From positions 32,001 through 96,000 of IMG/VR virus record IMGVR_UViG_3300028048_000081: 64,000 nucleotides of DNA; one strand, written 5' to 3'. The notes below the pieces were generated by a model, which saw only the letters and a list, made by a program, of their open reading frames with translations, had not been told where the DNA came from and did no database searches. Of this stretch, positions 1 to 9,777 are shown piece after piece (position 1 is the first letter of the stretch; each line of letters opens with the position of its first letter). The DNA comes from a virus. Lineage: Duplodnaviria; Caudoviricetes. A program made the position numbers and the translations under genes.

Positions 1-1
1 T

Positions 2-187
2 GCAGATGATGCCGCTAAAACAGAAGTTCAGGAATACTTGAAAAAATTGGGAACAACATTAGAAGAATGTAGAGAATCTTCCAGTATGCGTTGTGCTGTA
101 ACAATGTATGGGATAATGAATTATGTTAAAGAAAATCCCTATAAACCAGAAAATGTAAAGAAAGCAAAGAAACTGTTTAATATATGA
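2..187 (+). CDS. 3' end of a hypothetical protein (truncated by the window edge), ends KKLFNI
   Basis: Open frame 2 from the window start to TGA at 185-187; manual translation. Confidence 0.6.
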   Translation, partial: ADDAAKTEVQEYLKKLGTTLEECRESSSMRCAVTMYGIMNYVKENPYKPENVKKAKKLFNI

Positions 188-342
188 TAAAGTATATAAG
201 AATATCAGATGGAAAGACAGTACATTCTTGGGAAGAGCTTCAAGAATGCATACATGATAATGAATCTGATTGTGATAATTCAGTAAAAGATACTGAAAAA
301 GATAAACAGAAACATATCAAGAAGTTATTTGAAATTGATTAG
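184..342 (+). CDS. small hypothetical protein (52 aa, MIKYIRISDG...KKLFEID)
   Basis: Manual translation; ATGA overlap with the upstream stop; not in the ORF track. Confidence 0.55.
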   Translation: MIKYIRISDGKTVHSWEELQECIHDNESDCDNSVKDTEKDKQKHIKKLFEID

Positions 343-350
343 GAGGTAGT

Positions 351-677
351 ATGGATAAATTGATATCAAGAGCAGTTGAGCTTGTTGAGGAAGAATTGGA
401 TAGGGCAAATGAGCAGTATCCTTTATTTGCTTCTCCTCATGAAGGGTATGGTGTAATATTAGAAGAAGTGGAAGAAACAGAAAATGAGTCACTATCTGTT
501 ACAAAGTGTTTGAATGATCTTTGGAAAAATATTAAATCAGATAATAAAGTTAGTGAATACGAATCTGTTTTAGGGAGGATGGCACAATCTGCTATTCTTG
601 CAGCATGTGAGAATATTCAAGTTGCGGCCATGTGTCGTAAGTATATACAGAGTTTAGAAGATAAGGAGGAAAAATAA
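351..677 (+). CDS. MazG-like all-alpha nucleotide pyrophosphatase family protein
   Basis: SPHEGYGVILEEVEE and E-x-x-QVAAM motifs; AGGAGG RBS. Confidence 0.55.
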   Translation: MDKLISRAVELVEEELDRANEQYPLFASPHEGYGVILEEVEETENESLSVTKCLNDLWKNIKSDNKVSEYESVLGRMAQSAILAACENIQVAAMCRKYIQSLEDKEEK

Positions 678-1237
678 TGCCAGGAAGATCTGTTACTTGT
701 ATAACTACAGGAGAAGTTTATTCATCAATATCTTCTGCGGAAAGAGAGAATGGTATCAAATCAGGAACTTTATCGTCTTGTATTAAATCTGGAGATCCTA
801 TCGACGGAAAAATTTATAAATTTACAGATGAATTAGATGTTCCTGATAGTTTTGAAGAAGAGGTAGTAGAAGATACCGAAAAAGAAACAGAAGAAGATCC
901 AGATACAATATATATTTCTGATGTAGAAGTTGATAGTGTAGATGTAGAAGAGAAGGAGGATGAAGAGCAAGCAGAAAATGATTTGAATAAGAAAGATAAT
1001 CTTAATTACAATGTTGTAGGATCTCTTTCTAAAATGTATGAATTAGCACAAAAGTATCGTCTGAAAGGATATGATTGTGAGGTAGTTGAAGAAACAATTG
1101 TATTTTTCCAGATACAAGACGAGGATGAAATTAGAAAGATAGCAACAATAGCAAATCAGAATCCAGAATTTTCTGGTAGATTCAAAGTAACCCCTTATGA
1201 TTCGGCAAGATACCTGGATATGATAAGCACAAAATAG
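677..1237 (+). CDS. protein with N-terminal NUMOD1/IENR1-like helix-turn-helix and acidic linker
   Basis: VTCITTGEVYSSISSAERENGI..GTLSSCIK resembles NUMOD1-type DNA-binding domains. Confidence 0.5.
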   Translation: MPGRSVTCITTGEVYSSISSAERENGIKSGTLSSCIKSGDPIDGKIYKFTDELDVPDSFEEEVVEDTEKETEEDPDTIYISDVEVDSVDVEEKEDEEQAENDLNKKDNLNYNVVGSLSKMYELAQKYRLKGYDCEVVEETIVFFQIQDEDEIRKIATIANQNPEFSGRFKVTPYDSARYLDMISTK

Positions 1238-1262
1238 ATAACACTCAAACAAATAAAAATAT

Positions 1263-1287
1263 AAGGTTGGTCATATTGACCAACCTT
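1263..1287 (+). terminator. inverted repeat/terminator-like hairpin overlapping a late-promoter motif
   Basis: AAGGTTGGTCA-TAT-TGACCAACCTT, perfect 11-bp stem. Confidence 0.6.
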
Positions 1288-1292
1288 TAATA
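1282..1292 (+). promoter_or_regulatory. putative phage late promoter AACCTTNWATA
   Basis: AACCTTTAATA upstream of ORF 1337. Confidence 0.6.
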
Positions 1293-1336
1293 TTATATGT
1301 AATAATATTAATGATATCAATGTTTGGAGGTATTGA

Positions 1337-1600
1337 ATGAGTGTTGAATTGATTCCCAGCGATGAGATGACAACTTTAAAACCTGCATCAGAAGTTAAGA
1401 CAATCGCAGATGAAGCTGAGGAAATATTAGAACAACAATCTGTTGCCTACCTTATAAACGAAGCAGCAAATACTGGAAGTCATATGGTTGTATGGTCTAA
1501 AAGTATAAGCGATGAGTTGAAACAGGTACTTGAAGGCCAAGGATATAAAGTAATAAAATCAAATACTTATCCTAATAGATATACGATAAAGGGATTCTAA
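1337..1600 (+). CDS. hypothetical protein
   Basis: ORF with GGAGG RBS. Confidence 0.7.
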   Translation: MSVELIPSDEMTTLKPASEVKTIADEAEEILEQQSVAYLINEAANTGSHMVVWSKSISDELKQVLEGQGYKVIKSNTYPNRYTIKGF

Positions 1601-1603
1601 TAA

Positions 1604-2008
1604 ATGCTCAAGGATATCAGAATATTTTCAATTGTATTTGAGGCGGTAAGAAGGGATCAAGTATCCGCTTTTGATCAGGTTTTTCATAAGGATGAATTAC
1701 CATACTATGGTTGGATACATTTACCTACAGATATTGCAAAATATTTAGATCTTGTAGAAGTTAAAAATGTAGATACAGATAAAGATGTAGATTTTCATTT
1801 AGATTGGGAAAGAGAAGATATACATCCTTGGTATAAATTACGTCTAGAGTCGTTAGATCTTACTCTAGGAACTCATATGTATAAGTTAAAATTTGATAAT
1901 ACATTCTTACATGATGAGTTAGATTTATATTTTAGATATACTATACAAGATGATAATCCAGATAAGCCATATGTATATATGAATAGATCTGAAGGTGAGG
2001 ATAAATGA
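1604..2008 (+). CDS. hypothetical protein
   Basis: ORF tightly packed in operon. Confidence 0.7.
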   Translation: MLKDIRIFSIVFEAVRRDQVSAFDQVFHKDELPYYGWIHLPTDIAKYLDLVEVKNVDTDKDVDFHLDWEREDIHPWYKLRLESLDLTLGTHMYKLKFDNTFLHDELDLYFRYTIQDDNPDKPYVYMNRSEGEDK

Positions 2009-2697
2009 ATATATTTTCTTGTAAATTATATAAGTCCAACAAACATAAAGATAAAATACGTGCTGCTATAGAAGATCCTATAAATAAAGAATTGTTAGAG
2101 CAGGCGATAGAATACTTAGATGAAGAGTATGTTGACGAGAAATACTTAGGAGAATCTAATAAGTCAAAAGATGATAATATTGATAAAGACAACAGTTCAG
2201 AAGATATAGATAGTAATGAACCGGAGTTCAAACCTTCCGGAGGTGGCTCTGCATCATCATTTAGCGAGGGGTTTGAGCCAGTAGAAGATGAAGATGATGA
2301 AAAATTAAGCGATAAATTAGCTGAGGAAGAAAATACTGAAGAAGAAGTTTCAGAGAGTACTTCTATTACTTCAGCTGCATCTCCGATTACTATAACATCT
2401 GGTTCTGAATGTGCTTTGGGACATTCAATAGATTTAGATACATTACTAGGAACTATAAATTCAGAAGAAGAAACTTCTGGTGCTGTAAGGATACTGATTA
2501 AAAACAATTCCGAACTTTGGATATATTATAATGATAGTATAAATTTAAATAACATAATGGAAGCGGTTATATCTAAGATAGATAAACTTGGATACACTAC
2601 ATTAGAATTTAATAGGTTGGCAAGGACAGATAATGCAATAGTATTTTTTATAAATAATGAATCGTCTCAAAGCATTATGGATTCTAAAGAAGAATGA
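2005..2697 (+). CDS. acidic hypothetical protein, possible head-associated protein
   Basis: Acidic linker followed by SITSAA and TITSGS motifs matching the putative protease site. Confidence 0.6.
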   Translation: MNIFSCKLYKSNKHKDKIRAAIEDPINKELLEQAIEYLDEEYVDEKYLGESNKSKDDNIDKDNSSEDIDSNEPEFKPSGGGSASSFSEGFEPVEDEDDEKLSDKLAEEENTEEEVSESTSITSAASPITITSGSECALGHSIDLDTLLGTINSEEETSGAVRILIKNNSELWIYYNDSINLNNIMEAVISKIDKLGYTTLEFNRLARTDNAIVFFINNESSQSIMDSKEE

Positions 2698-2724
2698 TAC
2701 CTTTTATATATACAGAGGAAGAAT

Positions 2725-3018
2725 ATGATAGGCATATTTGATTTACAACAGAAATATATGAATTTCTACAAGTATTTTAGAAATTATATTTGGAATTTTC
2801 CTACTATAGAGCATTTAGCAGATTTAGAAATGTGTATATTTTCTGCGTTTCCAGATATTGTTCAAGCAAGGAATCTTTTAAAGCTGTTAAATTATGATAT
2901 GAAAGATGGAATGAAGGATTCTGATCCAGATTTAGATGAAGCATATCAAGAACTTTCAGATGCTGTAAATGAATCTGATGAAACCTACTACAAGTTGACA
3001 CAAGTAAATGAGGTGTAA
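2725..3018 (+). CDS. hypothetical protein
   Basis: ORF with GAGG RBS; 1-mismatch late-promoter motif at 2698-2708. Confidence 0.7.
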   Translation: MIGIFDLQQKYMNFYKYFRNYIWNFPTIEHLADLEMCIFSAFPDIVQARNLLKLLNYDMKDGMKDSDPDLDEAYQELSDAVNESDETYYKLTQVNEV

Positions 3019-3020
3019 AT

Positions 3021-3215
3021 ATGAAAGTTTCTAAAAAGAGCATAAAATCTTCAAATATTGTTCCTACAGTTGAATCTTTAGGAAAGTATAGTTGTTGTAT
3101 AGAGAATATACAGTCCGCCATTGATTGTTTGTGCCAGTTTGGCCCAGAGGATGAAAAAGCAAAAGAAGCAGTTGCAAATCTAAGCGTAGTATTATTAGAT
3201 CTTAAATCAGAATAA
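3021..3215 (+). CDS. small hypothetical protein with N-terminal tag-like motif (KKSIKSS)
   Basis: GAGGTG RBS; MKVSKKSIKSSN. Confidence 0.6.
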   Translation: MKVSKKSIKSSNIVPTVESLGKYSCCIENIQSAIDCLCQFGPEDEKAKEAVANLSVVLLDLKSE

Positions 3216-3240
3216 TATCAATCTTAATTGAGGGATATGT

Positions 3241-3762
3241 ATGGCAAACTTCAAAACTGTTGATGTTCCAGCTACATCTCCGGATGCATTACGAGATAAG
3301 AAGCAAGAGGACGTCGCTAAAATGCGGACGTCCTTATTAGCATGTGGAGATGATCCAAGAGAAATAGTCCATTCTATAAAAACAGTAACTGTATTACGTG
3401 TTATACATCAAGTTTCTAGAATAGTATCTTATCTAGATATGATGGATAGAATTGAAGATAAACTCTATCAATCTATAGATGAAGTTATAGATACTTTAGA
3501 TACGCAAGACCTAACTACATGGAGTATACTTTTAAATTTACAATCTAGGTTGCAACAAAATATGATTGAGAGTCATAAGTTGTTAGAGCCATATCTTAAT
3601 ATAGAAGATTTAGGAATGATAGAATTATCTGAATCGGTATCTCCTGATGTTGTACCTGAATCAGAAATATTATCTAGAGAGTCTAGAGATGAATTGCGCG
3701 AAAACGCTAGGAAAGTCCTTGCACTTTTAGAACCCGTAGCTGAGGAATCAAAAGATGAATGA
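3241..3762 (+). CDS. putative terminase small subunit
   Basis: Helical 173-aa protein directly upstream of and overlapping terL; synteny only. Confidence 0.4.
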   Translation: MANFKTVDVPATSPDALRDKKQEDVAKMRTSLLACGDDPREIVHSIKTVTVLRVIHQVSRIVSYLDMMDRIEDKLYQSIDEVIDTLDTQDLTTWSILLNLQSRLQQNMIESHKLLEPYLNIEDLGMIELSESVSPDVVPESEILSRESRDELRENARKVLALLEPVAEESKDE

Positions 3763-5671
3763 TCCTGTAGATATATTGAACAGAATAAAAAGGATATATT
3801 CTAGCTGTACTGTAGAACAGAAAGAGTACCTCAGGAGAATACTTGAAGAAATTCGGGATACGGGGTATTCTACTACTTATGAAGATATCTGGCTTGCGGA
3901 TTATAAAGAGATACCTGTAGATATAGATACTTTTTTAGATGATGATTATTATTTAGGGAAAGTAACTCGGGAAGGAGAAGCAATATATCCTTATTGGAGA
4001 GATACCTTACACACAATATTTAATTCTGGTAACAAATATCAAGAACTTATGTTTACTGGTGCAACAAGAATCGGAAAAACATCAACAGCAATAACAGGAT
4101 TAGCATATATGCTATATAGATTGATGTGTTTAAAGGATCCCCAACTATTCTTTAAGAAAAAGGATGTATCCAAATTTTCAATATTATTTTTCAATGTGAC
4201 AAAAGATCTTGCGAAAGGAGTAGCTTTCAGAGAATTCAATGATACATTAAAAGCAAGTCCTTGGTTCAAGAATCATGGAACATATTCAAGAAGTGAAAAA
4301 GATTTCTATTACATACCAGAAGGCGGAAAGATTGATGTAGATTATGGTAGTTCTGGAGAGCATGGACTTGGGAAACAGATTTTTGCAGCAATATTGGATG
4401 AAGTTAACTTTCAACGTACTGGGATAAAAGATGTAACTAAAGCAAAAGAAAATATGAAATCTACATATAATACTGTAGTAACTCGTGTAAAGGGTACATT
4501 CCGTCAAGAGGGAGAAGTATATGGAAAAGTATTTGCAGTAAGTTCTAAGAAAAGCGATTCAGATTTCATGGAAGCATATATAGAAGAGCAGATGGCAGCG
4601 GGTGCTGAAGATCATATGTATGTTGCAGATGCTCCTCAGTGGGAAGTTCTTCCTCCTTCAATGTTTCATGATGAAACATTCTGTATAGCTGTAGGAGACA
4701 GATATAAACGAGGATTTGTGGTACCGGATAATGAATGTTTTCCTGAAGCATTAGAAGAGTTAAGGGGTCAGGGCTATAAGATACTTACCCCACCTATAGA
4801 TATGAGACCAGAGTTCCAAGCAGATTTTGATATTGCTTTACGAGATATAGCAGGAATATCTGTTCCAGGAGCGTTATCGTTCATAACGCAAGAAAGTTTG
4901 ACATCATGTATAGATGAAACAAGAAAGAATCCATTTTTCAACGATATATTGAGTATAGGTACTCAAGATACTTTATCCATAGATGAATTTTATCATGATG
5001 ATGTTGTTCCTGCCATATGTAAAAGGACTCCTATGTTTATACATTTAGACCTTTCATTGACTACTGATAGAACAGGAATTTCAGGGTCCTGCATTACCGG
5101 AAGGCAGGATATAACCGGGTCAGACGGAAAAATAACGTCTCAGTTGAAATTCACTCACGTGTTTTCCATAGCTTTAGAGGCACCTAAGGGGGATAAAATA
5201 CCTTATAGTAAGATCACAGCGTTTATATGCTGGTTAAGAAGACAAGGATATAATATACAGAGGATCAGTCGAGACCAATTCCAAAGTGAATATATGGCAC
5301 AGCTTTTAACTGAACAAGGATTTACAGTGGATAAGATTTCTTTAGATAGAACTCCAGATGGGTATATGGCTGGTAGATCTATAATAATGGAAAAGCGTGT
5401 CGATATGCTCGATTGTAAGCTGCTCCAGGATGAACTTATTCATTTACAGCGAGATAGTGTTACAGGTCGCGTCGATCACGTGGTCGGCAGGTCGAAGGAC
5501 GTGAGCGATTCTTTCATCGGCAGTATGTGGAATGCTATGTTAAACAATCCTGGTATTCCAGTTCAAGCGCATACTGCAGCATCTGCAATCGCAGCAATAA
5601 ACGGACCTAAGCAATCAAATTTAGGTGCTACTGTTCCTGGACTATTTCCAGGTCTAAATAAAATCAGATAG
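3755..5671 (+). CDS. terL: terminase large subunit
   Basis: Walker A GATRIGKT, Walker B AILDE, RNase H-like nuclease HLDLS ... SRDQFQS ... KDVSDS. Confidence 0.92.
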   Translation: MNDPVDILNRIKRIYSSCTVEQKEYLRRILEEIRDTGYSTTYEDIWLADYKEIPVDIDTFLDDDYYLGKVTREGEAIYPYWRDTLHTIFNSGNKYQELMFTGATRIGKTSTAITGLAYMLYRLMCLKDPQLFFKKKDVSKFSILFFNVTKDLAKGVAFREFNDTLKASPWFKNHGTYSRSEKDFYYIPEGGKIDVDYGSSGEHGLGKQIFAAILDEVNFQRTGIKDVTKAKENMKSTYNTVVTRVKGTFRQEGEVYGKVFAVSSKKSDSDFMEAYIEEQMAAGAEDHMYVADAPQWEVLPPSMFHDETFCIAVGDRYKRGFVVPDNECFPEALEELRGQGYKILTPPIDMRPEFQADFDIALRDIAGISVPGALSFITQESLTSCIDETRKNPFFNDILSIGTQDTLSIDEFYHDDVVPAICKRTPMFIHLDLSLTTDRTGISGSCITGRQDITGSDGKITSQLKFTHVFSIALEAPKGDKIPYSKITAFICWLRRQGYNIQRISRDQFQSEYMAQLLTEQGFTVDKISLDRTPDGYMAGRSIIMEKRVDMLDCKLLQDELIHLQRDSVTGRVDHVVGRSKDVSDSFIGSMWNAMLNNPGIPVQAHTAASAIAAINGPKQSNLGATVPGLFPGLNKIR

Positions 5672-5687
5672 GATAGGAGGTATTATT

Positions 5688-7280
5688 ATGTCTGATAGAA
5701 ACCGTCTTTCAGCGGGAGATTATCTAGTTCCTTTACCAGAAGGAATACAGATCACATTACAATATGATGATCAGGGAGTAATCAAAAAGATATTTAGAGG
5801 ATACGAATCTAACGAAGTTTTAGAAGACTGTTCTGATATGTTTTTAGATCCTCTTGTATCTAATAAATTAATTCCAAATTTGATACCACTTAAACATGGG
5901 GCAACATATATTGAGGGAGTATTGAATACAAGTAATGAATGTTACGATTCGGGAGAACTTCCTGAATGTATTCAAGACAGTTTACAAAGTATGTTTTTAA
6001 AAGATCCTAATAGTTTTAAATTCTTTGCAATAAGTGTAAGAAGTTTAACTGCTATGTTTAGAGGATCAATAGCTGTAAGACAGTGGTTGAATTTTGTTAA
6101 ATTTAATCTACCCCCTGGATATCTTATTCCAGCAAAATTGGAGGGTACAGATGACAGCTATTTAACAAAATTGGAAGATCTTATAGGAGGAAGTAAGTAT
6201 ATATTTAATTATCCTAGGATACCAGAATATGTAATATTTCATAATCAGAATATGTTACACGGAACTTTTCATATAAAACAGACATCTATAAAGAAGATAG
6301 AAAAGATTGTAAACCATTCTGGTGTAATATCTGCAGAGTTACATACAGATTTAGGAAAAATTATTGTTCCTTATTCCAGTGTTGTTAATTTTGACCTTAA
6401 GAAGTCATCAAACATATTGTTAGATGAGTATGATAACATATTATATTCTAACTATTCTGGAAGATATAAGAATAAACATGCATCTAGTAGAATAACATGT
6501 GATTTTTGTGGGAAGATAATTGATGTACCAAAAACTGGTGTTGTAACTTGTTCGGATCCAAATTGCAATTCGAGATTGTATCCTAGAATAGAACAGTTCT
6601 TGACAACATTAAAACTTCCAATAATTTCATATGATAGATATAGAGAAATAACAGATAATGAAGGACCGGGATTTTCTATTCCAGATATACTTCTTATACA
6701 AGAATTTGAAGATGCAGATATTTCTGTAAGTCCTTCTGATCTTTTGAGAGCAATTGTTCCTATGTATGTTGAACCAGATTCTTCTCATATAAACAGATAC
6801 TGTAACAGCTGTAAAAATTCAATACACACTATTGAATACTACTTATCCCATCCGGAGAAGATTGAATTTGATTTAGGAGAAGATATATACAGATGTTCAA
6901 AGCATATTGTAAACTGGTTCGTTCAGTATCCTGAAAATCTTGTTGATTTTCAAACATTATTATATGATAAGAAAGTAAACGTAGATTCTCAAAATAAGAT
7001 GTTTAATGGACCACAGATATTTAGAAATAAAAATATTATGTTGACTGGTACTTTTTATCATGGTAGTGTTTCTGATATAGAATCAATACTTAAAAGTTAT
7101 GGAGGGTCAGTTGTTTCTGATTTCAATAACAAAGTAGATTGTATAATAATTGGAGGATTGCAAGAAAGAACAGATGGGAGTATAATAAGAGAGGGAAGAA
7201 ATAAACGAATTCCGATATTTGAAGAACAACAATTTTTTACTCAGTATGATATTGAATCAGATATGGCTGAGAACCTTTAA
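5688..7280 (+). CDS. NAD-dependent DNA ligase (LigA)-like protein lacking the catalytic lysine
   Basis: Motif I region PLPEGIQITLQY (canonical KxDG), C4 zinc finger CDFC...CSDPNC, C-terminal BRCT (NIMLTG...GGSVV...VDCIIIG...IPIFEE). Confidence 0.7.
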   Translation: MSDRNRLSAGDYLVPLPEGIQITLQYDDQGVIKKIFRGYESNEVLEDCSDMFLDPLVSNKLIPNLIPLKHGATYIEGVLNTSNECYDSGELPECIQDSLQSMFLKDPNSFKFFAISVRSLTAMFRGSIAVRQWLNFVKFNLPPGYLIPAKLEGTDDSYLTKLEDLIGGSKYIFNYPRIPEYVIFHNQNMLHGTFHIKQTSIKKIEKIVNHSGVISAELHTDLGKIIVPYSSVVNFDLKKSSNILLDEYDNILYSNYSGRYKNKHASSRITCDFCGKIIDVPKTGVVTCSDPNCNSRLYPRIEQFLTTLKLPIISYDRYREITDNEGPGFSIPDILLIQEFEDADISVSPSDLLRAIVPMYVEPDSSHINRYCNSCKNSIHTIEYYLSHPEKIEFDLGEDIYRCSKHIVNWFVQYPENLVDFQTLLYDKKVNVDSQNKMFNGPQIFRNKNIMLTGTFYHGSVSDIESILKSYGGSVVSDFNNKVDCIIIGGLQERTDGSIIREGRNKRIPIFEEQQFFTQYDIESDMAENL

Positions 7281-7282
7281 TA
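7272..7282 (+). promoter_or_regulatory. putative late promoter
   Basis: AACCTTTAATA just upstream of the portal RBS. Confidence 0.65.
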
Positions 7283-7303
7283 GTAACGAGGAGGTGACAG
7301 ATT

Positions 7304-8803
7304 TTGGCTAACAAATGGTGGGATAGATTAGTAACCCGAAAGACAAAATATTCTGGTGTTACATCTTATCTTCGTGAATTAGTAACAGGATCATTATACA
7401 AAGTATCAGATATGCGATCAGATTCTAGTATATCTGATATAAAAACTCAGATTGATACGATGCGTGCATTATCCAGGGACTCTCAGATAAGTACTGCATT
7501 ATCATATTATGCAACAGATGCAACTACTACGAATACTGCAGGTCATGTAATATGGGCAACAGCAACTGATGATTCTTCAGAAGACATAGCTGAAGTAATA
7601 AATGGGTTGTTTGCAAAATGGAATGTAGATGCATACGCAAGGGACCACATATTAGAGTTGGCAACAATAGGAAATCTATACATACCTACAACTTATATGT
7701 ATAAAGAGGATACTAGAAATCAATCTAACATAGGAGTAGTATTAGATAATAATACTATTCTAGATGAAGATTTTGATATAGTCCCTTCTTATAAGATACC
7801 TCCGGAATCAATTGTTCATTTATGGCAGAAAGGGGAACCAAAAGGGTTCATATTAGATCCAGATTCAGATAATATGAATTCTTCTGAAAGATTGATACTT
7901 CCTGAATCTGCATGTATACATTTTGCATTAGGTGGATTACTAGGAGATTATACACTTGATACTGAAGATAGTGAGGGGAATGAAGTTGAATATGATATTC
8001 AATTTGCAACTCCTATGTTATCTCAAGCAGTTCAACCTACACAAACATTACAGTTATTAGAAGATGCTAATATACTTTCGTCATTAACCAGAACAATCAA
8101 ATTTATACATGTTGAATGTGGTACTCAAGAAGAAGAAATTCGAGAATCTTTACAACAAATAAAAGATGCAATAGAGCAACAGATTTCTTTAAATACTGCT
8201 ACCGGAGATACACAGAGTTTTGTTAATCCACAGAGTCCTAATAACTTGATATATCTTCCGAAAATAAATGGAAATGAAGCATTAACAATTACAGATTTAA
8301 ATATGGCAGAATCAACCGATGCCGATAATAAACTTTTAGAGTATTATCAGGATAAAAAGTTATCTGTATTAGGTGTACCTAAAGAGGCAATGAACTACTC
8401 TTCAAATGAAGGATTGGGTGGTGCTGGAACAGTAATGTCACAAAGATCTGCATTGTATGCAAATCTACTTGATAGACTTGAAACTTCATATATGGCAGGT
8501 TGGAAACAAGCACTCAACAAATATTTCTTAGAAAGAAATCTTTCAGGATTCATTGATAAATTTGAACTTCACATGCAGCCTATCATAACCACACAGAGTA
8601 CCGTTCAATTTGAGAAACGTGATGCTGCATTATCTCAAGCTTCTGCAGCAATACAGATGCTCAAAGATATAGGAGTTAAAGATACTGATTCGTACTTGAG
8701 TGCATTAACAGAAATATTAACAGAGGTATTTCCACAGATGGGTGCTGAGTCTTCTACCTGGCATGCTGAAATAAATACAGAATCTGAAGGGGGTGGATTT
8801 TAA
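7304..8803 (+). CDS. portal protein (T4 gp20-like)
   Basis: TTG start with GAGGAGG RBS; 499 aa; ISTALSYYATDATT, LQLLED.N.L..L.R, YYQDKKLSVLGVPK; near terL. Confidence 0.8.
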   Translation: MANKWWDRLVTRKTKYSGVTSYLRELVTGSLYKVSDMRSDSSISDIKTQIDTMRALSRDSQISTALSYYATDATTTNTAGHVIWATATDDSSEDIAEVINGLFAKWNVDAYARDHILELATIGNLYIPTTYMYKEDTRNQSNIGVVLDNNTILDEDFDIVPSYKIPPESIVHLWQKGEPKGFILDPDSDNMNSSERLILPESACIHFALGGLLGDYTLDTEDSEGNEVEYDIQFATPMLSQAVQPTQTLQLLEDANILSSLTRTIKFIHVECGTQEEEIRESLQQIKDAIEQQISLNTATGDTQSFVNPQSPNNLIYLPKINGNEALTITDLNMAESTDADNKLLEYYQDKKLSVLGVPKEAMNYSSNEGLGGAGTVMSQRSALYANLLDRLETSYMAGWKQALNKYFLERNLSGFIDKFELHMQPIITTQSTVQFEKRDAALSQASAAIQMLKDIGVKDTDSYLSALTEILTEVFPQMGAESSTWHAEINTESEGGGF

Positions 8804-8805
8804 CA

Positions 8806-9177
8806 ATGTTATCTAGTTTAGAATTAGTTACTCTTTTCTTTCATGATTTGAAAGAATATAATTCTACTAATTTTCGTACTATTCAGAAAGCAGATCTTAC
8901 AAAAGATAATGCAACAGTACACAAAGCATTTTCTAGTGCAGTAACTAGATATTTCATATTTGCTGAAAGACATCCAGAAATATCAGAGACTGAGAGAAAT
9001 CTTCTTTATTTTAAATTGAAGATAGATATGGTTGCTCAATATTTTAGCGAATATCCTGATACAAATTTAGATCTGCTCAAAGCATTTCAATTAGAACTTC
9101 AACAGCATGTTAGGCGTGAACAAAGTTTAAGGAAGGGAGAACAATCAGATGACACAGATGATGCCGTTGCGGTATAA
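8806..9177 (+). CDS. hypothetical protein
   Basis: ORF in head operon. Confidence 0.7.
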   Translation: MLSSLELVTLFFHDLKEYNSTNFRTIQKADLTKDNATVHKAFSSAVTRYFIFAERHPEISETERNLLYFKLKIDMVAQYFSEYPDTNLDLLKAFQLELQQHVRREQSLRKGEQSDDTDDAVAV

Positions 9178-9775
9178 GATATATAATTGGGAACAATTAT
9201 CTGAGTGTAAATCAAACAACAGTAGAGATTTGCATATTGTAGTAACCCATGTGTTAGATGATGATGATTTTTCTGGATTAAAAATTTCAGTTGTTCATCC
9301 TAAATATGGAACTTTGTTCTCTCATGTTATACAATGCAGTGGAAGTTTAGTTACAGATGATGAGGAAACAGGAATACCTCATGAATTTTCTTATGACGAA
9401 TTAATTAAAGAGTTATACAAATATGGATTTGATGTTGAATTCAGTATGAGATTAAAACTTCCAGTATCTGTTGTTGAGTATCTTATGACGATAAGATCTC
9501 TCAAATATGAAAAGTTACGTATAATAAATATAAAAGAAGCATATTATGATAAAGATGATGTTTTAGAACAATATTATATAGTAGCATTCATGCCTCATGA
9601 ATTAAGTAATTGGATGAATAATCTTTACATGCCTTCAAAGACAGAATTCATGGATGCTTTGGTCAAAGGTTATGCTTGTAATGTTTCTAAATCACCAGAA
9701 GGAAAACATCTGAATTGGTCTTGGGTAGACGGTGTACTGAATATTGATGATATATTGGAAGAAATATCGGAGTAG
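9149..9775 (+). CDS. hypothetical protein
   Basis: ORF with GGAG RBS. Confidence 0.7.
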   Translation: MTQMMPLRYKIYNWEQLSECKSNNSRDLHIVVTHVLDDDDFSGLKISVVHPKYGTLFSHVIQCSGSLVTDDEETGIPHEFSYDELIKELYKYGFDVEFSMRLKLPVSVVEYLMTIRSLKYEKLRIINIKEAYYDKDDVLEQYYIVAFMPHELSNWMNNLYMPSKTEFMDALVKGYACNVSKSPEGKHLNWSWVDGVLNIDDILEEISE

Positions 9776-9777
9776 AT

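Noticed and set aside
184-342. MIKYIRIS as another capsid tag
   Set aside because: It has Ile rather than Ser/Ala at the key position and lies outside the late region; probably coincidental.
1276-1306. sigmaA promoter at TTGACC
   Set aside because: No properly spaced TATAAT; better explained by the hairpin and the AACCTT motif.
3755-5671. Intein in terminase or in the large structural insertions
   Set aside because: No C/S...HN-[CST] splice motifs or LAGLIDADG blocks were seen at the insertion boundaries.
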